Part shown: positions 9,221 through 19,051 of the stretch, one piece after another
Position numbering within the stretch: position 1 is the stretch's first letter
Layout: every line of letters starts with the position of its first letter
From: Spirochaetia bacterium
GTDB taxonomy: Bacteria; Spirochaetota; Spirochaetia; DSM-2461
Direction of reading: 5' to 3'
Assembly: GCA_963668315.1 (NCBI GenBank)
Contig: OY764216.1
Coordinates: 416,001-480,000 of the forward strand
Length of the DNA stretch: 64,000 nt
Notes under the pieces: model-generated
Database searches by the model: none
The model's input: the letters and a program-made list of their open reading frames with translations, nothing else
What the model was told of the DNA's origin: nothing
Translations under genes and position numbers: made by a program

Positions 9221-10479
9221 TGAGCAAAAAAACAGTTCCCCTGTCAAAAGAACAGCTGGAAAAGATTATAGAGACCTACCCCACCCCCTTTTACCTTTAC
9301 GACGAAAAAAGCATACGGAATCTGGCGAGGGAGTTCAAAGGAGCCTTTTCCTGGGTTCCCGCCGGATTCCAGAACTACTTTGCCGTCAAGGCGCTGCCCA
9401 ATCCCTATATCCTTAAGATTCTGAAAGAAGAGGGCATGGGAGCCGACTGCTCCTCTTTTCCCGAGCTGCTCCTGTCGGAGAGGGCGGGGATTGAAGGGGA
9501 AGACATCATGTTCACGTCCAACGACACCCCCCTTGATGAGTTCCGCAAGGCCAAGGAACTGGGGGCGATCATCAACCTGGACGATATAAGCCACCTCTCT
9601 TTCCTGGAGCAGATCGGCCTGCCCGAACTGCTCAGCTTCCGTTATAATCCGGGCCCCCTGAAAGAGGGAAACAGCTTCATAGGCAAACCGGAGGAAGCCA
9701 AATACGGACTGACCCGGGAGCAGCTTTCCGAAGGCTTCCGCCTGGCGAAGGAAAAAGGCGTAAAGCGGTTCGGCCTCCACACCATGGTCGCATCCAATGA
9801 GCTGAATGTGAATTATTTCATTGAGACCGTGGAGCTTCTTCTCAAAACGGCCTCCGACCTTCATAAAGAACTGGGGATCGAATTCGAGTTCATCAATTTC
9901 GGCGGAGGAATCGGAATTCCCTACAAACCGGAGCAGGAAGGGGTGGATTTCGCCCAACTGTCCCAGGGCATGAAAAGCCTATACAAGAAATACATACATG
10001 ATCAGGGGCTTAAGGATCCCAAAATCTTTTTTGAGTCGGGCCGTGCCGTTACCGGTCCCTTCGGCTGGCTGATAACAAAGGTCATCCACAAAAAGGATAC
10101 TTATAAAACCTATTGGGGAACCGACTCCTGCATGTCCGACCTGATGCGTCCCGGCATGTACGGTGCCTACCACCATATCACGGCCTTCGGGAAAGAAGAG
10201 GCCCCTGCGGTTCAGACCTGCGATATCACCGGCTCCCTTTGTGAGAACTGCGATAAATTCGCTGTCGACAGGGAGATGCCCGAGCTGGAGATAGGCGATC
10301 TGCTGGCGATTCACGATGCGGGAGCCCACGGCAGGGCCATGGGATTTAATTACAATGCCAAACTGAGAGCCGGGGAGATTCTTCTGAGAGAAGACGGCAC
10401 GGCCGTTCAGATCAGAAGGCGTGAAACCGTGGAAGACTATTTTGCCACGTTGGATTTTTCTGGACTGGACAGCTTCTGA
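9220..10479 (+). CDS. lysA: Diaminopimelate decarboxylase
   Basis: YPTPFYLYDE, FAVKA (PLP Lys), GGGIG, ESGR and GSLCE. Confidence 0.93.
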   Translation: MSKKTVPLSKEQLEKIIETYPTPFYLYDEKSIRNLAREFKGAFSWVPAGFQNYFAVKALPNPYILKILKEEGMGADCSSFPELLLSERAGIEGEDIMFTSNDTPLDEFRKAKELGAIINLDDISHLSFLEQIGLPELLSFRYNPGPLKEGNSFIGKPEEAKYGLTREQLSEGFRLAKEKGVKRFGLHTMVASNELNVNYFIETVELLLKTASDLHKELGIEFEFINFGGGIGIPYKPEQEGVDFAQLSQGMKSLYKKYIHDQGLKDPKIFFESGRAVTGPFGWLITKVIHKKDTYKTYWGTDSCMSDLMRPGMYGAYHHITAFGKEEAPAVQTCDITGSLCENCDKFAVDREMPELEIGDLLAIHDAGAHGRAMGFNYNAKLRAGEILLREDGTAVQIRRRETVEDYFATLDFSGLDSF

Positions 10480-11006
10480 TGTACGTTTCCTGCTCGATCT
10501 GGACCGTAGCCCGGACGAACCGGGGGACGGCCGTTCTTCTGAAAGACGAAGTGTCGGGAAAGTCTCTTCCCCTGATCATCACGTCCGCCGAAGCCCAGAG
10601 TCTGCTTAACCAGATGAACGGAGCAGGAAAGGATAAACGGAGTCTGTACAGTTATATAAACCGTCTTTACGCCATGGGGGGCATGACGCTGAAACGCATC
10701 GAGATACTCCCCGACGGCAAGGGACACACCAGGGGCTGCCTTAGGGCCGGACGCCCGGGGGAGGACGACTTCACCGAGGAACTCAGCTCCTGCGATGCCC
10801 TGGCCCTGGCCCTTGAAACCGGGGCCGATCTCTTCGTGGAAGCCAACTTTTTTGCCCGCAAGGCGGTTCATCTGAGTCTGATTGAACTGGAGAGAAAGGC
10901 CCGGAAGAAAAAGCTGGAGGATAAACTCTCCCGCCTCGTGGAGCGGGAAGAGTACGAAGAAGCCGCCCAGATCAGAGACCGGCTGATAGAACTGGATCTC
11001 GAATAG
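10479..11006 (+). CDS. DUF151/bifunctional nuclease-like protein with C-terminal UVR domain
   Basis: LPLII..EA, CDALALA and EEYEEAAQIRD. Confidence 0.8.
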   Translation: MYVSCSIWTVARTNRGTAVLLKDEVSGKSLPLIITSAEAQSLLNQMNGAGKDKRSLYSYINRLYAMGGMTLKRIEILPDGKGHTRGCLRAGRPGEDDFTEELSSCDALALALETGADLFVEANFFARKAVHLSLIELERKARKKKLEDKLSRLVEREEYEEAAQIRDRLIELDLE

Positions 11007-11011
11007 GGGTC

Positions 11012-11338
11012 CTAGAGCCGAATGACGATGCGGGCCAGTTTATCCGCCAGAGCCCCCAGCCGATTCCGGCCCGTTTCCCCCATCTGCTCCCATTTTTTTT
11101 CGTAATCCGACAGGGCCGCCAGAACCCGGGCGTCCTGTTCGGCCCGGATCTCCTCCGTTCCGGAAATGACTCTCTGACGGCTCTTTTCACGGGCGGCTTT
11201 AACCGTCCCGTTATAGGCTTTTTCCGCCTCGCCGCCGATTTCCCGGGCCCGGATCTCCCCTTCCTCTATGATACGAGAAGCTTCTTTTTCCCTGTCCAGA
11301 ACGACATCGAAGATTTCCTGCATATGCCAAGTGTACAT
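11012..11338 (-). CDS. Hypothetical charged coiled-coil protein (V/A-ATPase subunit G/H-like); start may be 11323
   Basis: E/K/R-rich helical pattern REKEASRIIEEGE..A; fills the gap between convergent genes. Confidence 0.55.
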   Translation of the reverse strand: MYTWHMQEIFDVVLDREKEASRIIEEGEIRAREIGGEAEKAYNGTVKAAREKSRQRVISGTEEIRAEQDARVLAALSDYEKKWEQMGETGRNRLGALADKLARIVIRL

Positions 11339-11373
11339 CAGGTAGGTTCATAACACAACAATTTTCCGGGCTA

Positions 11374-11402
11374 TTTACATAAGAATAGATAGCAATTATG
11401 AT
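11374..11402 (+). promoter_or_regulatory. Promoter of the aryl polyene cluster
   Basis: TTTACA-17 nt-TATGAT. Confidence 0.6.
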
Positions 11403-11436
11403 AGCAGCTAAAAACGAAGAGAACGATGGAGTTCCC

Positions 11437-12552
11437 ATGAAAAAAGAAACTTCCCAATGGCAGGAAGACCGTTACGGCTCAGATAAAATCAGAGCGATAG
11501 ATGCCAAATACGAAGCACAGAAAATAGCCTTTGCCCCCTTAAGCTTTCAGGCCGCTCTGGTCCTGCGAAAGCTGGGTATCCTGAAAACCCTCCTGGAAGC
11601 GGGAGACGAGGGAATAACATTCGAAGCACTTTCAAAAAAACACGATCTGGAAGAGTACCCGCTGACCGTCCTGCTGGAGATGGGACTGAGCATGGATATT
11701 GTCAAATGGAAAAAAGAGAGTTCACCCCGCCTCTACACCCTGGGTAAGGTGGGATTTTTCCTGGAAACCGATGATCTGACCATTGCCAATATGGACTTTA
11801 CCCAGGACGTCTGCTATCTGGGGGCGTTTCACCTGATGGAAGCCCTGGAAAAGGGAAAACCGGAGGGGCTGAAAGTCTTCGGCGGATGGAATACCATATA
11901 CGAAGGCCTTTCACAACTCCCCGGGGATGTTCAGCACAGCTGGTTCCAGTTCGACCACTATTACTCCGACGGCGCCTTTCCCCAGGCCCTGAAATTCGTT
12001 TTTTCCCACCCCCGTCACAAACTGATGGATATAGGCGGAAACACGGCCAAATGGGCTTTTGCCTGTACATCCCACGACACCGAAGTGAAGGTGACGATTG
12101 TCGATCTTCCCGGACAGGCGGGAATGGCCCGCCAGAGGATTAATGACGCCGGCCTTTCGAAGCGGATAGAGATCCATGAAGGGAATATGCTTAAGGAGGA
12201 AACGGTACTTCCTTCCGGCCACGATTCGGTCTGGATGAGTCAGTTTCTCGATTGTTTCTCCAAAGATGAGATTACGTCTATCCTCAGAAAGGTATATGAG
12301 GCCGTGGATGAAAATGCGGAAGTATTCGTCATGGAGCCCCTCTGGGACAAACAGAAATATCCCGCCGCCTCCTATTCCCTCCACGCCACCTCGCTCTACT
12401 TTACGACGATGGCCAACGGAAACAGTAAAATGTACGGATATGATGAGCTGGTCAGAGCCGTGGAGGCCGGAGGCTTCACCCTGGCCGATGAGATCCATGA
12501 ACTGGGCCCCAACGACTACTCCATTCTGAAATTCAAAAAGAGAAAATCATGA
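11437..12552 (+). CDS. apeB: SAM-dependent methyltransferase of the aryl polyene cluster (ApeB-like)
   Basis: AQKIAFAP, DIGGNTAKWA and WMSQFLDCFS; first gene of the cluster. Confidence 0.88.
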   Translation: MKKETSQWQEDRYGSDKIRAIDAKYEAQKIAFAPLSFQAALVLRKLGILKTLLEAGDEGITFEALSKKHDLEEYPLTVLLEMGLSMDIVKWKKESSPRLYTLGKVGFFLETDDLTIANMDFTQDVCYLGAFHLMEALEKGKPEGLKVFGGWNTIYEGLSQLPGDVQHSWFQFDHYYSDGAFPQALKFVFSHPRHKLMDIGGNTAKWAFACTSHDTEVKVTIVDLPGQAGMARQRINDAGLSKRIEIHEGNMLKEETVLPSGHDSVWMSQFLDCFSKDEITSILRKVYEAVDENAEVFVMEPLWDKQKYPAASYSLHATSLYFTTMANGNSKMYGYDELVRAVEAGGFTLADEIHELGPNDYSILKFKKRKS

Positions 12553-13286
12553 GTTTCACCTTCTCGGTAGAAGATCTCTATTTCTGGGCTCCCGGCATTG
12601 AGACCGCCGACGACCGGGAGAGCTGGGCCGCGGGGAGAAGAGAGATAGAAAGATCTACCGTCAGCCCTCCCCTCGAACACATGTCCAAGGTGAGCAAAAG
12701 GAGACTCAGCCAGCTGAGCAAAATGGTTCTGGAGGCGGGCCATCACCTGCTGGCGGACCGGGAAGTGGGTCACATTCTTCTCTGCAGCGCCTACGGGGAG
12801 ATCTGCCGGCAGTATAAAATCACCCGGGGCCTTCTGGATGACGGAGAGATCAGACCGGCCGACTTCAGCCTTTCGGTCTTCAATACCCCCCTCAGCCTGC
12901 TCTCCATCGAAGAGAAGGCAAAGGGCTCCGTGAATGTTCTCCTGGCCGGAGAAAAAACCGCAGCGGCGGGCCTGCAGTCTATGACGGCACACGGGGTCTG
13001 CTGCCCGGAAGAACGGCAACTGATACTCTTCGCCGATGAGCTTCTGCCGGAGGAGTACGAAACACTGGCGGTAACCCCTTCGGTCCCCTATGCCTTCGGA
13101 TTTATCATTAATCCGGACAATACGAAAAATACGTCCGACCGGATTGAATTCTCCCTGGAGAAAACAGAGGGTTCCGCCGGAGAAACGATGCCCCTGGATC
13201 TCCTCAGATGGCTGATGAAAAGGGAGTCCCTTCCCCTGAAAATCCCTGCCGGGACATCGCAGGAAATCATTTTACAGCGGATATGA
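12549..13286 (+). CDS. apeC: Ketosynthase chain-length factor (ApeC-like)
   Basis: RRLSQLSKM, YGE and PADFSLSVFN; KS fold without the catalytic triad. Confidence 0.85.
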   Translation: MSFTFSVEDLYFWAPGIETADDRESWAAGRREIERSTVSPPLEHMSKVSKRRLSQLSKMVLEAGHHLLADREVGHILLCSAYGEICRQYKITRGLLDDGEIRPADFSLSVFNTPLSLLSIEEKAKGSVNVLLAGEKTAAAGLQSMTAHGVCCPEERQLILFADELLPEEYETLAVTPSVPYAFGFIINPDNTKNTSDRIEFSLEKTEGSAGETMPLDLLRWLMKRESLPLKIPAGTSQEIILQRI

Positions 13287-13289
13287 TCA

Positions 13290-14069
13290 TTGGCCTATAG
13301 GAAATTTTACCACGTCATCGTGAAATTTATCTCCTTTCTGTTTTTCGGGCTCGGAGGACTGGTATTCACCACGCTTATCATCCCCCCCCTGCTCCTTTTC
13401 GTTCACCCCAAGACAAGAAGGACGAAGATCCTCCGCCTCCTGTGCAGCAAAGCCTTTGCCCTGTTCATCTCCTTTATGTCCGTCACGGGGGTCATCCGGG
13501 TGAAGAAGAGGGACATGGATCTCCTCCGTGAAAAAAAGTCCTGCCTCGTCTGCGCCAATCACCCCTCCCTGCTGGATGTGGTTCTTCTCATAAGCCTGAT
13601 ACCCCATGCCGACTGCATCGTGAAATCGGAGCACTGGAAGAACCCCTTCCTGCGGCTGACCCTGGCATCCATCTATATCCCCAACTCTCTGAGCGTCGAT
13701 AAAACAATCGATTTGTGCCGGAAATCCCTGGACCAGGGTAATAATATCATCCTCTTTCCCGAAGGAACGAGAACCGTCACGGGAACAGACCCCAGTTTCA
13801 AAAGAAGCGCGGCGCAGATAGCCCTTCGCACCAAGAGCGATATAATTGCTTTACACATAGAGTGTAGCGAGGATTCGGGCCTGGGAAAAAGGGAGAAACT
13901 CTGGAATGCCCCCACCGAGGGAGTCATCAATTATGAGCTTCAGATCATGGATGTGCTTCAAGCCGGGAATTATGAGGGGAAACCTATATCTATAGCAGCA
14001 AGACAATTGACTAATGACCTTAAATCCTCTATCTTTGCAAAACGTCAAAAAATAGAGGAAAACAAATGA
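13290..14069 (+). CDS. apeD: Lysophospholipid acyltransferase (ApeD-like)
   Basis: ANHPSLLD and FPEGTR. Confidence 0.88.
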   Translation: MAYRKFYHVIVKFISFLFFGLGGLVFTTLIIPPLLLFVHPKTRRTKILRLLCSKAFALFISFMSVTGVIRVKKRDMDLLREKKSCLVCANHPSLLDVVLLISLIPHADCIVKSEHWKNPFLRLTLASIYIPNSLSVDKTIDLCRKSLDQGNNIILFPEGTRTVTGTDPSFKRSAAQIALRTKSDIIALHIECSEDSGLGKREKLWNAPTEGVINYELQIMDVLQAGNYEGKPISIAARQLTNDLKSSIFAKRQKIEENK

Positions 14070-14323
14070 ATAATTTAGAGAACGAACTCAAACAGCTGGT
14101 TATTGACGCCCTGGATCTGGAAGACGTATCCGTGGAAGATATATCCAGCGACGGAGCCCTCTTCGGTGATGATCTCGGCCTTGATTCCATCGATGCCCTG
14201 GAGCTGGGAATTGCCATCAAGAAGAAGTATGATTTAACTCTTTCTGCGGAAGATGAGGATAACAGGAAACACTTTTATTCCATTAATTCCCTGAAGAATT
14301 TTATTGAAGAAAGCAGGGCATAG
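14066..14323 (+). CDS. apeE: Acyl carrier protein 1 (ApeE-like)
   Basis: LGLDSIDALEL phosphopantetheine site. Confidence 0.92.
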   Translation: MNNLENELKQLVIDALDLEDVSVEDISSDGALFGDDLGLDSIDALELGIAIKKKYDLTLSAEDEDNRKHFYSINSLKNFIEESRA

Positions 14324-14336
14324 GGGAGAGAGAAAA

Positions 14337-14588
14337 TTGAATAGAGAAGATATTTTTAAAAAAGTACAGGAGATTCTCAACGAAACCTTTGAGATTCCCC
14401 TTGAAGATATCAAGGGAGACGCCCTGATTCAGGATGATCTGGATCTGGACAGCATCGACGCGGTGGATCTTATTGTCAAACTGCAGAAATTCACCGATAA
14501 GAATATCGATCCGGCCGAATTCAAACAGGTCAGAACGATAGACGACGTGGTCACAGCCATAGAGAAATTATTCGTAGAGCCCTCCTGA
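14337..14588 (+). CDS. apeF: Acyl carrier protein 2 (ApeF-like)
   Basis: LDLDSIDAVDL; TTG start at 14337 after GGAGAG. Confidence 0.9.
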   Translation: MNREDIFKKVQEILNETFEIPLEDIKGDALIQDDLDLDSIDAVDLIVKLQKFTDKNIDPAEFKQVRTIDDVVTAIEKLFVEPS

Positions 14589-14598
14589 TTTTTACCGT

Positions 14599-15198
14599 AT
14601 GAAAGGGTTCTTAAAAATACTGACATTTGTCCTGACGATTCTGTATCCTCTTATCGTTTTTCTGCTTTTGTGGAAATTTCATGTCAGTTCCCGAATCCTG
14701 GCGTTCTTCCTGCTGACCATGGCAACGGTTTTTTTCCTGTCCAACAGCAGCGACATCAAACAGAAAGGAATGAAAAGGCTTCAGTTCTGGGGGATGGCGA
14801 CCATCTCTGTATTACTGGCTCTTATGACTTTTCTGACCGAAGACGCGGGATTCGTCAAGCTCTATCCCATCTCGATGAATGTTTTCCTGCTTCTGAGCTT
14901 CGGATCGACCCTTTTCATACCGCCCACAATGATTTTTCGCTTCGCCTCATTACAGGATAAAACGATCGAGGAACGTCCCTATATCGAGAAAATAAGGGGT
15001 TACTGCCGGAGGGTAACCGTCATATGGTGCCTTTTTTTCATTGCCAACGGATCGGTCTCACTCATGACCGCCCTGTGGGGAAGCGATTTTCTCTGGACGG
15101 TCTATAACGGAATGATCTCCTATATCCTTATGGGGATTTTATTTGTCGGAGAGTGGATCATCAGAAAGAGAACGGAGAAAAAATGGAGTTCCACTTAG
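14599..15198 (+). CDS. apeG: COG4648-like membrane protein (ApeG-like)
   Basis: KLYP, YCRRVTVIWCLFF.NG and WTVYNG.ISY motifs; synteny. Confidence 0.85.
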   Translation: MKGFLKILTFVLTILYPLIVFLLLWKFHVSSRILAFFLLTMATVFFLSNSSDIKQKGMKRLQFWGMATISVLLALMTFLTEDAGFVKLYPISMNVFLLLSFGSTLFIPPTMIFRFASLQDKTIEERPYIEKIRGYCRRVTVIWCLFFIANGSVSLMTALWGSDFLWTVYNGMISYILMGILFVGEWIIRKRTEKKWSST

Positions 15199-16868
15199 AT
15201 TTCCCCTACCTTGAACATCTATGGAAGGATTCGGCACGTCCCCTTGTTCAGGGCACAGCCCCTCTGTACTGGAAAGATTTCCTGGCCCTTAACCGGGGCC
15301 TGTGCCTCTATCTGCAATCCCGTCCGGAGAAGGACTGGTACCTTTTTACTGAAGAGTCCGATACTTTTCTGCTTGGCTTTCTGGCCCTGTGGCTGAGCTC
15401 GAAAAACATCCACATCATGGGCAAAGCGCCGGGAGACAGAAAATTTCCCCTGCTTACCGATACGGCCGGAACGCCGGAAAACATACCCGTTCTGGCTGAA
15501 AGGTGGTCAAAGCTGGAGGGGAACCCCGGATACACACGGAACGAAGAGGACAGGGTCATATTCTACACATCCGGGTCAACGGGGATTCCCAAACTGATTG
15601 AGAAAAATCCGTCCCAGCTGGAAATTGAAGTAAGAACGCTGATAGAGCGCTTCTCCGATGAACTTTCCGGGGATGTCACCGTTTATTCGACGGTGCCTCT
15701 CCTGCATTTTTACGGCAACATTTTCGCCTTTCTGCTGCCCCTGCTCTCAGGCGTGCCCCTTTACAGCCGCCGCGTACAGTTCCAGGAGAGTCTCTCAACC
15801 CTTGAAGAAGGAAAGAAACTTCTTATTACCAGTCCGGCTTTCCTCAAAAGGCTGGATGCGGAGTATCCCGCCCCCGGGAACGGGGAGTTTATTCTTTTCT
15901 CCGCCGGCGGATTTCTCCCCGGGGAAACGGCGCAGAAAGCATACCGTATATTTCATACCGAGATACGGGAAATATACGGCAGCACCGAGACGGGGAGCAT
16001 AGGCTGGAGACTTCAGCCGACAGAGAAGGAGTGGCACCTTTTCCCGCCCCACACACTGGAAATAGACGAGGACGGGGCCTTCCTGCAATCCCCCTATCTT
16101 CCCCACAGCTCACGGGACAGGCTGGACGACCGGCTTGAATGGACAGGAGACAGAATGTTCCGCCTTCTGGGCCGGAATGATTCGGTTGTGAAGGTGGAAG
16201 AAAAAAGAGTGGCCCTGAACGATATGGAACAGAGACTGATAGAGCACCCCTGGGTCTCGGACTGCCTGATTCTTTTCTTTCAGGGAAAACGGCAGTACCT
16301 GGGAGCCGTCGTCTCCCTGGAAAAAGGCCGGAGGGAAGAGTGGGGCTCTCTGTCGAAAAGGGAGTTAAATAAAACGCTGCGCCTCCATTTGGGTCCCCAT
16401 TTCTCTGCCACCGTATTACCAAAAAAATGGCGCTACCCCGATGAAATACCGAGGAATTCGATGGGAAAAGTAGAAAAAGAAGCCGCCCTCTCTCTTTTTG
16501 AGAACACGGCGGAAGAGCTGTGCGGCCAGCCGGTCGTACTGCATAAGGAAAGAGAAGATTACAACTGGAAATACACCCTTGTTTTTCCGGAGAACTACCG
16601 TTATTTCGACGGCCATTTTCCGGAACTGAAGATTCTTCCCGCCCTGGCGCAGATTCACTGGATTCTTCTGGAACTGGGCCGTGAGCTGGACAGAAAGATC
16701 ACCCTGGCCGGCATTCCCCGCATCAAGTTCAAGAACCCGGTTTTCCCGGAAAAGCAGGTGGATGTGACTTTCGGTTACAACGAAGAGAAACAGCTTGTGT
16801 CCTATACCATCCGGGAAGGAAAGGAAGTCTGTTCTTCGGGGAAGATCCGTCTCGGCGGAGGTGAATGA
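15183..16868 (+). CDS. Aryl-ACP/acyl-CoA ligase fused to a C-terminal hotdog dehydratase (ApeH+ApeI-like)
   Basis: YTSGSTGIPK, YGSTETG and GRND; C-terminal YFDGHFP...ILPA..Q..W and IKF..PV.P. Confidence 0.87.
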   Translation: MEFHLDFPYLEHLWKDSARPLVQGTAPLYWKDFLALNRGLCLYLQSRPEKDWYLFTEESDTFLLGFLALWLSSKNIHIMGKAPGDRKFPLLTDTAGTPENIPVLAERWSKLEGNPGYTRNEEDRVIFYTSGSTGIPKLIEKNPSQLEIEVRTLIERFSDELSGDVTVYSTVPLLHFYGNIFAFLLPLLSGVPLYSRRVQFQESLSTLEEGKKLLITSPAFLKRLDAEYPAPGNGEFILFSAGGFLPGETAQKAYRIFHTEIREIYGSTETGSIGWRLQPTEKEWHLFPPHTLEIDEDGAFLQSPYLPHSSRDRLDDRLEWTGDRMFRLLGRNDSVVKVEEKRVALNDMEQRLIEHPWVSDCLILFFQGKRQYLGAVVSLEKGRREEWGSLSKRELNKTLRLHLGPHFSATVLPKKWRYPDEIPRNSMGKVEKEAALSLFENTAEELCGQPVVLHKEREDYNWKYTLVFPENYRYFDGHFPELKILPALAQIHWILLELGRELDRKITLAGIPRIKFKNPVFPEKQVDVTFGYNEEKQLVSYTIREGKEVCSSGKIRLGGGE

Positions 16869-17635
16869 TGAAGGATAGCTATAGGCCCTGCGCGGTCATT
16901 CCCGTTTACAATCACGGCTCCACGGTCCGCGCGGTGGTCAACTCCTTGAAACCCTACGGCCTTTCCGCCGTTCTTGTCGATGACGGAAGCGAACGGGCGA
17001 CGGCGGAGGAACTGGAAAGAACCGTCCGGGAGATTGAGGGATGCCACCTTTTTACCCTGCCCCGTAATCAGGGAAAGGGCGGCGCGGTCATGAAGGGCCT
17101 CCTCGAAGCGGAGAACCTGGGATTCACCCATGCCCTCCAGGTGGACGCCGACGGACAGCACGATGTTTCCGACGTGGAGAAGTTCCTGGACCTCTCCCGG
17201 CAGTATCCCGACAACCTGATCGCCGGTTATCCCGTTTATGACGAAACGGTGCCCACCGCCAGAAAGGTGGGACGGAAGCTGACCACCTTCATGGTCCATC
17301 TGGAGACCCTCTCCCGGGACATCGTGGACGCCATGTGCGGATTCCGCCTCTATCCCCTGGCGGAGAGCTGCCGGCTGATCAGAAAAGCCTCTCTGGGCAA
17401 ACGGATGGAATTCGATATTCAGTACCTTGTGAAACTCCACTGGCAGGGAGTGGCTATGCGCTTTCTCCCCGTGAGGGTCATCTACCCCGAGGGGGGTATT
17501 TCGCACTTCCGGATGTTCAGAGACAACGCGATGATCAGCAAAATGCATACGCTCCTTGTTATCGGGATGGTCCTGCGTTTTCCCTCCCTTCTGATAAAAA
17601 ACCACCGGCGCAAGAAGAACGGAGCAGCCCGGTGA
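16865..17635 (+). CDS. GT2 glycosyltransferase (N-terminal half of ApeJ-like)
   Basis: VIPVYNH, DDGS, NQGKGGA, QVDADGQH and CGFRLYP. Confidence 0.9.
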   Translation: MMKDSYRPCAVIPVYNHGSTVRAVVNSLKPYGLSAVLVDDGSERATAEELERTVREIEGCHLFTLPRNQGKGGAVMKGLLEAENLGFTHALQVDADGQHDVSDVEKFLDLSRQYPDNLIAGYPVYDETVPTARKVGRKLTTFMVHLETLSRDIVDAMCGFRLYPLAESCRLIRKASLGKRMEFDIQYLVKLHWQGVAMRFLPVRVIYPEGGISHFRMFRDNAMISKMHTLLVIGMVLRFPSLLIKNHRRKKNGAAR

Positions 17636-18597
17636 AGGAGAAGCACTGGTCGGAGTACAAGGAAAAGGGCGGCTCTATCTGGCATATGAAACTGCTTTTC
17701 AGCCTTTACAGGCTGCTGGGCAAGGGATTTTTTCAGATTCTGCTTCATCCGGTCGTCTTTTTCTTTTATCTCTGTTCCCCCCGCACGCGGCGGATAAGCC
17801 GGGCGTACCTGTCCCGGGTCCACAGCGTTTCCGGGGACGGCGGGGAAGTGAAATCCTCCGAGATCTACCGCCATATCTTCAGCTTCTCCTACTCCCTTCT
17901 GGAGAAGCTCTCCGCCTGGGCGGGGGATATGCATTCGAGCGGCATGAAGGAGATGACCCCGGGAGTGAAGCAGCTGAAAGAGCAGCTGAGCCGCAAGGAA
18001 GGGGCCGTCATCATCGGGTCCCACCTGGGCAATATGGAGATGCTCCGCGCCTTCGCCAGCCTCGAGACGGGAGACTACCTGCCCCCCTTCGGTATTCACT
18101 CCATCGTCGATTTCTCGGGAACCGCCAAGTTCAATCAGCTTCTCAAAGAGATTAATCCCGAATCCATGGTTCATCTGGTCAACGCCAGCGACATCAGCGC
18201 CGATAGGATAATCAGCCTGCAGCAGGCCATCGAACAGGGTGACCTTGTCATTATAGCGGGGGACAGAACGGCGAAAAACAACCGGATGAAAAACACCTGT
18301 GTCAGCTTTCTGGGGGATGAGGCTTATTTTCCCCAGGGGGCCTTTACCATGGCGACTCTGCTGGAAGGTTCCATCTACTATATGTTCGCCCTGCGGTCGG
18401 ACGACAGAGATCTGAACAGCCCCTACGAGTTCCATGTCTACCCGTCGGAACATCCCCTGGGCAAATCGCGCAGGGAAAGGAAAAAGATCCTTCAGAACCT
18501 GACCGAAGAATTTGTCGGCCACCTGGAGAAGCTGTGCCTGGCCCACCCCAGCCAGTGGTTTAACTTTTACGATTTCTGGGAAAAGCGGGACAGCTGA
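17632..18597 (+). CDS. LpxL-like acyltransferase (C-terminal half of ApeJ-like)
   Basis: GSHLGNME, AGDR, FPQG and QWFNFYDFW; GTG start overlapping the upstream stop. Confidence 0.87.
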   Translation: MKEKHWSEYKEKGGSIWHMKLLFSLYRLLGKGFFQILLHPVVFFFYLCSPRTRRISRAYLSRVHSVSGDGGEVKSSEIYRHIFSFSYSLLEKLSAWAGDMHSSGMKEMTPGVKQLKEQLSRKEGAVIIGSHLGNMEMLRAFASLETGDYLPPFGIHSIVDFSGTAKFNQLLKEINPESMVHLVNASDISADRIISLQQAIEQGDLVIIAGDRTAKNNRMKNTCVSFLGDEAYFPQGAFTMATLLEGSIYYMFALRSDDRDLNSPYEFHVYPSEHPLGKSRRERKKILQNLTEEFVGHLEKLCLAHPSQWFNFYDFWEKRDS

Positions 18598-18622
18598 CCC
18601 CTCAGGGGAAAGGAATTGACTT

Positions 18623-19051
18623 ATGAAGAACAAAATATTCGTTGAAATCGACCTGAAAGCGGAATTTTACGATGTGGATTCCATGAACATCGTTTGGCAC
18701 GGCAATTATGTCAAATATTACGAACAGGCCCGCTGTGCCCTTCTGGACATGATAGGCTATAATTATAACGACATGAGGGAGAGCGGCTATGCCTGGCCGG
18801 TGGTCACCATATCGTGCAAGTATATCAAACCCCTGGAATTCAGGCAGACCTTCGTGATCAGGGCGACTCTGGAAGAGTACGAAAACCGCCTGAAAATCTC
18901 CTATCTGATTTACGACAGGGAGACGGGGGCAAAGATCCACAAGGGAAGCAGCACCCAGATGGCGGTGGATATGGAAACGGGAAACAGCCTCTTCGTCTCC
19001 CCGCCCGAGCTGATTGACAGGATCAGGCCGCTTCTGGAGGATGATAAATGA
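18623..19051 (+). CDS. apeK: 4-hydroxybenzoyl-CoA-type thioesterase (ApeK-like)
   Basis: DVDSMNIVWHGNYVKY.E.AR. Confidence 0.9.
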   Translation: MKNKIFVEIDLKAEFYDVDSMNIVWHGNYVKYYEQARCALLDMIGYNYNDMRESGYAWPVVTISCKYIKPLEFRQTFVIRATLEEYENRLKISYLIYDRETGAKIHKGSSTQMAVDMETGNSLFVSPPELIDRIRPLLEDDK

